17,343 nucleotides of DNA from Pseudomonadota bacterium (lineage in GTDB: Bacteria; Bdellovibrionota; FAC87; UBA2466): contig JAYUGC010000021.1 in NCBI GenBank assembly GCA_043767805.1, positions 1 through 17,343 of the forward strand, read 5' to 3'. Below are positions 15,891 to 17,343 of this stretch, piece by piece (position 1 is the first letter of the stretch; every line of letters starts with the position of its first letter). The notes below the pieces were generated by a model. It saw nothing but the letters and a program-made list of their open reading frames with translations. It was not told the DNA's origin and ran no database searches. Made by a program: the position numbers and the translations under genes.

Positions 15891-17078
15891 ATGACGCCGC
15901 AAAATATTTTTTGTATTCCCGACGAATTGGCGCTTGGAGGAGTGAACGTGTGGGCGGTTGCCGCCGCGAGCCAGCTCGCGCCCTCGAAGCTCTTAGTCCA
16001 TTGCCGTCATGGACGTTTTCCCGAGACCGTGGCTTGCGAGTCGCAATGGGTGACTGGAAATCTGCCGTGGGACGCGTCTCGCCGGGACGCGGCGAGATAC
16101 GCCGATGCGTACGCGCGCGCGTTACCCGCCGTGTTTTTTCCCAATTGGACTCATGGGACTTATGCCGCCTGCGCTGAGCTTTCCAAAACGGAAAGCGAGA
16201 GGATGCGGGTCGTGGGTTTCGCGCATTCCGATCAGGAACATTATTATCGCTTGCTCACTTATTATGAGCCGCTCATTCATACTTTCCTCGCGCCCTCGCT
16301 GGAGGTCGCGGATCGCTTGAAAGAGCTTCTGCCGGGCCGCTCGTCGGAAATTCATCTACTTACTTACCCGATCGAAGGCCCTGAGGCGTTTTTTCGCAAG
16401 CAGGCCGAAGGCCCGCTCAGGATTAGTTTCGTGGGAAGAATCGAAGAGCCGCAGAAGCGAGTGTCGCTCCTTTTGGATCTCGCGGAAGCGTTGTTCGATC
16501 GGAAAGTCGATTTCCTGTTGCGTATCGCGGGGGAGGGCCCCGCCCTAAAAGATTTGCGCGGCGAAGCGGAGCGGCTTCCTTACAAAGTGCGTTCCCGGGT
16601 GAGCCTACCGGGACGGCTCTCGCGGTCCCAGGTGGAAAAGCTGCTCAATGAAACGGACGTTTTTGTTTCTCTGTCGGCGTTCGAGGGGCAATCCATTTCC
16701 ATGCTGGAAGCAATGAAGCACGGTTGCGTTCCGGCCGTCACCCGGGTGAGCGGCACCAAGGATTGGATCGTTGCCGGGGAGACCGGTTGCCTTGCCGAGG
16801 TAGGGGACGTGGAAGGTTTGGCGGATCAAATTACCGCGCTGAATGGGGCACGAGACAAAATGCTCGCCCTCGCCCGCCGCGCCTATGACTTGGTGAAAGC
16901 CCGTGGCTCGTCCGCCGCTCATTTGGCGAAGCTCGAAAGCGTTTGCGCCGAGGCTTGGACGAAAGCGCCTCGGGCGTGGCCGACTCGAATGTCCGTCCTC
17001 CCTCCGTGGGAAGTGACGCTCGATCGCAAGGTCCGGCGCTGGGCCAAACTAGTCAGACGCCGCCTCATCCGCCGCTAA
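15891..17078 (+). CDS. Glycosyltransferase family 4 (GT-B fold), ~395 aa
   Basis: N-terminal LGGV, then ISFVGRIEEPQKRV, IAGEGP, the E-x7-E motif FEGQSISMLEAM, and GETGCL. Start probably ATG 15891 (ORF open from 15843). Confidence 0.9.
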   Translation: MTPQNIFCIPDELALGGVNVWAVAAASQLAPSKLLVHCRHGRFPETVACESQWVTGNLPWDASRRDAARYADAYARALPAVFFPNWTHGTYAACAELSKTESERMRVVGFAHSDQEHYYRLLTYYEPLIHTFLAPSLEVADRLKELLPGRSSEIHLLTYPIEGPEAFFRKQAEGPLRISFVGRIEEPQKRVSLLLDLAEALFDRKVDFLLRIAGEGPALKDLRGEAERLPYKVRSRVSLPGRLSRSQVEKLLNETDVFVSLSAFEGQSISMLEAMKHGCVPAVTRVSGTKDWIVAGETGCLAEVGDVEGLADQITALNGARDKMLALARRAYDLVKARGSSAAHLAKLESVCAEAWTKAPRAWPTRMSVLPPWEVTLDRKVRRWAKLVRRRLIRR

Positions 17079-17156
17079 AAGGTGTGTGGATACTTTTAGC
17101 CAAATTTGTTCCCGCGCTTCGCCGTCCGAGTGGCTAAAAGTATCCACACACCTTTT
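17077..17156. repeat. Perfect 26-bp inverted repeat with 28-nt spacer (REP/REPIN- or MITE-like; may act as a bidirectional terminator)
   Basis: AAAAGGTGTGTGGATACTTTTAGCCA (17077-17102) and its exact reverse complement TGGCTAAAAGTATCCACACACCTTTT (17131-17156). Confidence 0.9.
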
Positions 17157-17158
17157 GG

Positions 17159-17341
17159 CTATTCGGTTAGTTGGAGGGCGGAGGGGAAGGTTGCGTGGGG
17201 AGTAGAGCCCTTGATGAAAATGGCGAGCTCGTGGTGACGGTTCACCGTGCCGGACCGATTCTCGTAGTCGTGCCAGCGTTCCTCGAGCTCAGGCAAGGGC
17301 AAGTACGTGTAGCTCGTGCCTACCACCGGATCCATGAAGTA
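17159..17341 (-). CDS. Partial CDS (3' end); C39-like cysteine peptidase
   Basis: The minus frame is open from the window edge: YFMDPVVGTSYTYLPLPELEERWHDYENRSGTVNRHHELAIFIKGSTPHATFPSALQLTE*, with TAG at 17161-17159. YFMDP...E(L/F)..RWHD is the typical end of stand-alone C39-like domains. Catalytic Cys and His would lie outside the window. Confidence 0.7.
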   Translation of the reverse strand, partial: YFMDPVVGTSYTYLPLPELEERWHDYENRSGTVNRHHELAIFIKGSTPHATFPSALQLTE

Positions 17342-17343
17342 GC

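Noticed and set aside
15891..17343. Glycosyltransferase plus C39 peptidase as a glycocin/RiPP cluster
   Set aside because: The genes are convergent, the transferase is GT4 rather than the GT2 type used for glycocins, the peptidase ends with no ABC transporter domain after it, and no precursor peptide is visible.
1..17343. CRISPR array, tRNA/rRNA, integrase or transposase
   Set aside because: No regularly spaced direct repeats, cloverleaf or rRNA signatures, or recombinase motifs were seen by eye.

Overview
A GC-rich bacterial chromosomal window. Gene content suggests Bdellovibrionota or Myxococcota-like affinity, which is inference only. It has five blocks. (1) 1-2598 (+): the end of an envelope operon with a DUF1553-like C-terminal fragment, a Tat-exported DUF1501-like protein and a diheme c-type cytochrome lipoprotein. 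(2) 2901-7723 (+): a ~1350-aa secreted TPR protein that looks like a GltD/AgmU-GltE/AglT gliding-motility fusion. It is followed by a CglD/CglB-like VWA lipoprotein gene broken by a G-run frameshift and apparently joined to the 3' end of another gene. (3) 7720-13762 (-): a six-gene stressosome operon (rsbR, rsbS, rsbT, RsbT-like/PP2C fusion, RsbT-like/HisKA/HATPase/REC/REC hybrid kinase, REC/HisKA/HATPase kinase) with no SigB module in the window. (4) 14010-15679: three small secreted hypothetical proteins converging on an intrinsic terminator. (5) 15891-17343: a GT4 glycosyltransferase and the 3' end of a convergent C39-like peptidase, separated by a perfect 26-bp inverted repeat of REP/REPIN or MITE type. 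No rRNA, tRNA, CRISPR array or transposase was seen. All family calls come from recalled motifs, not database searches.
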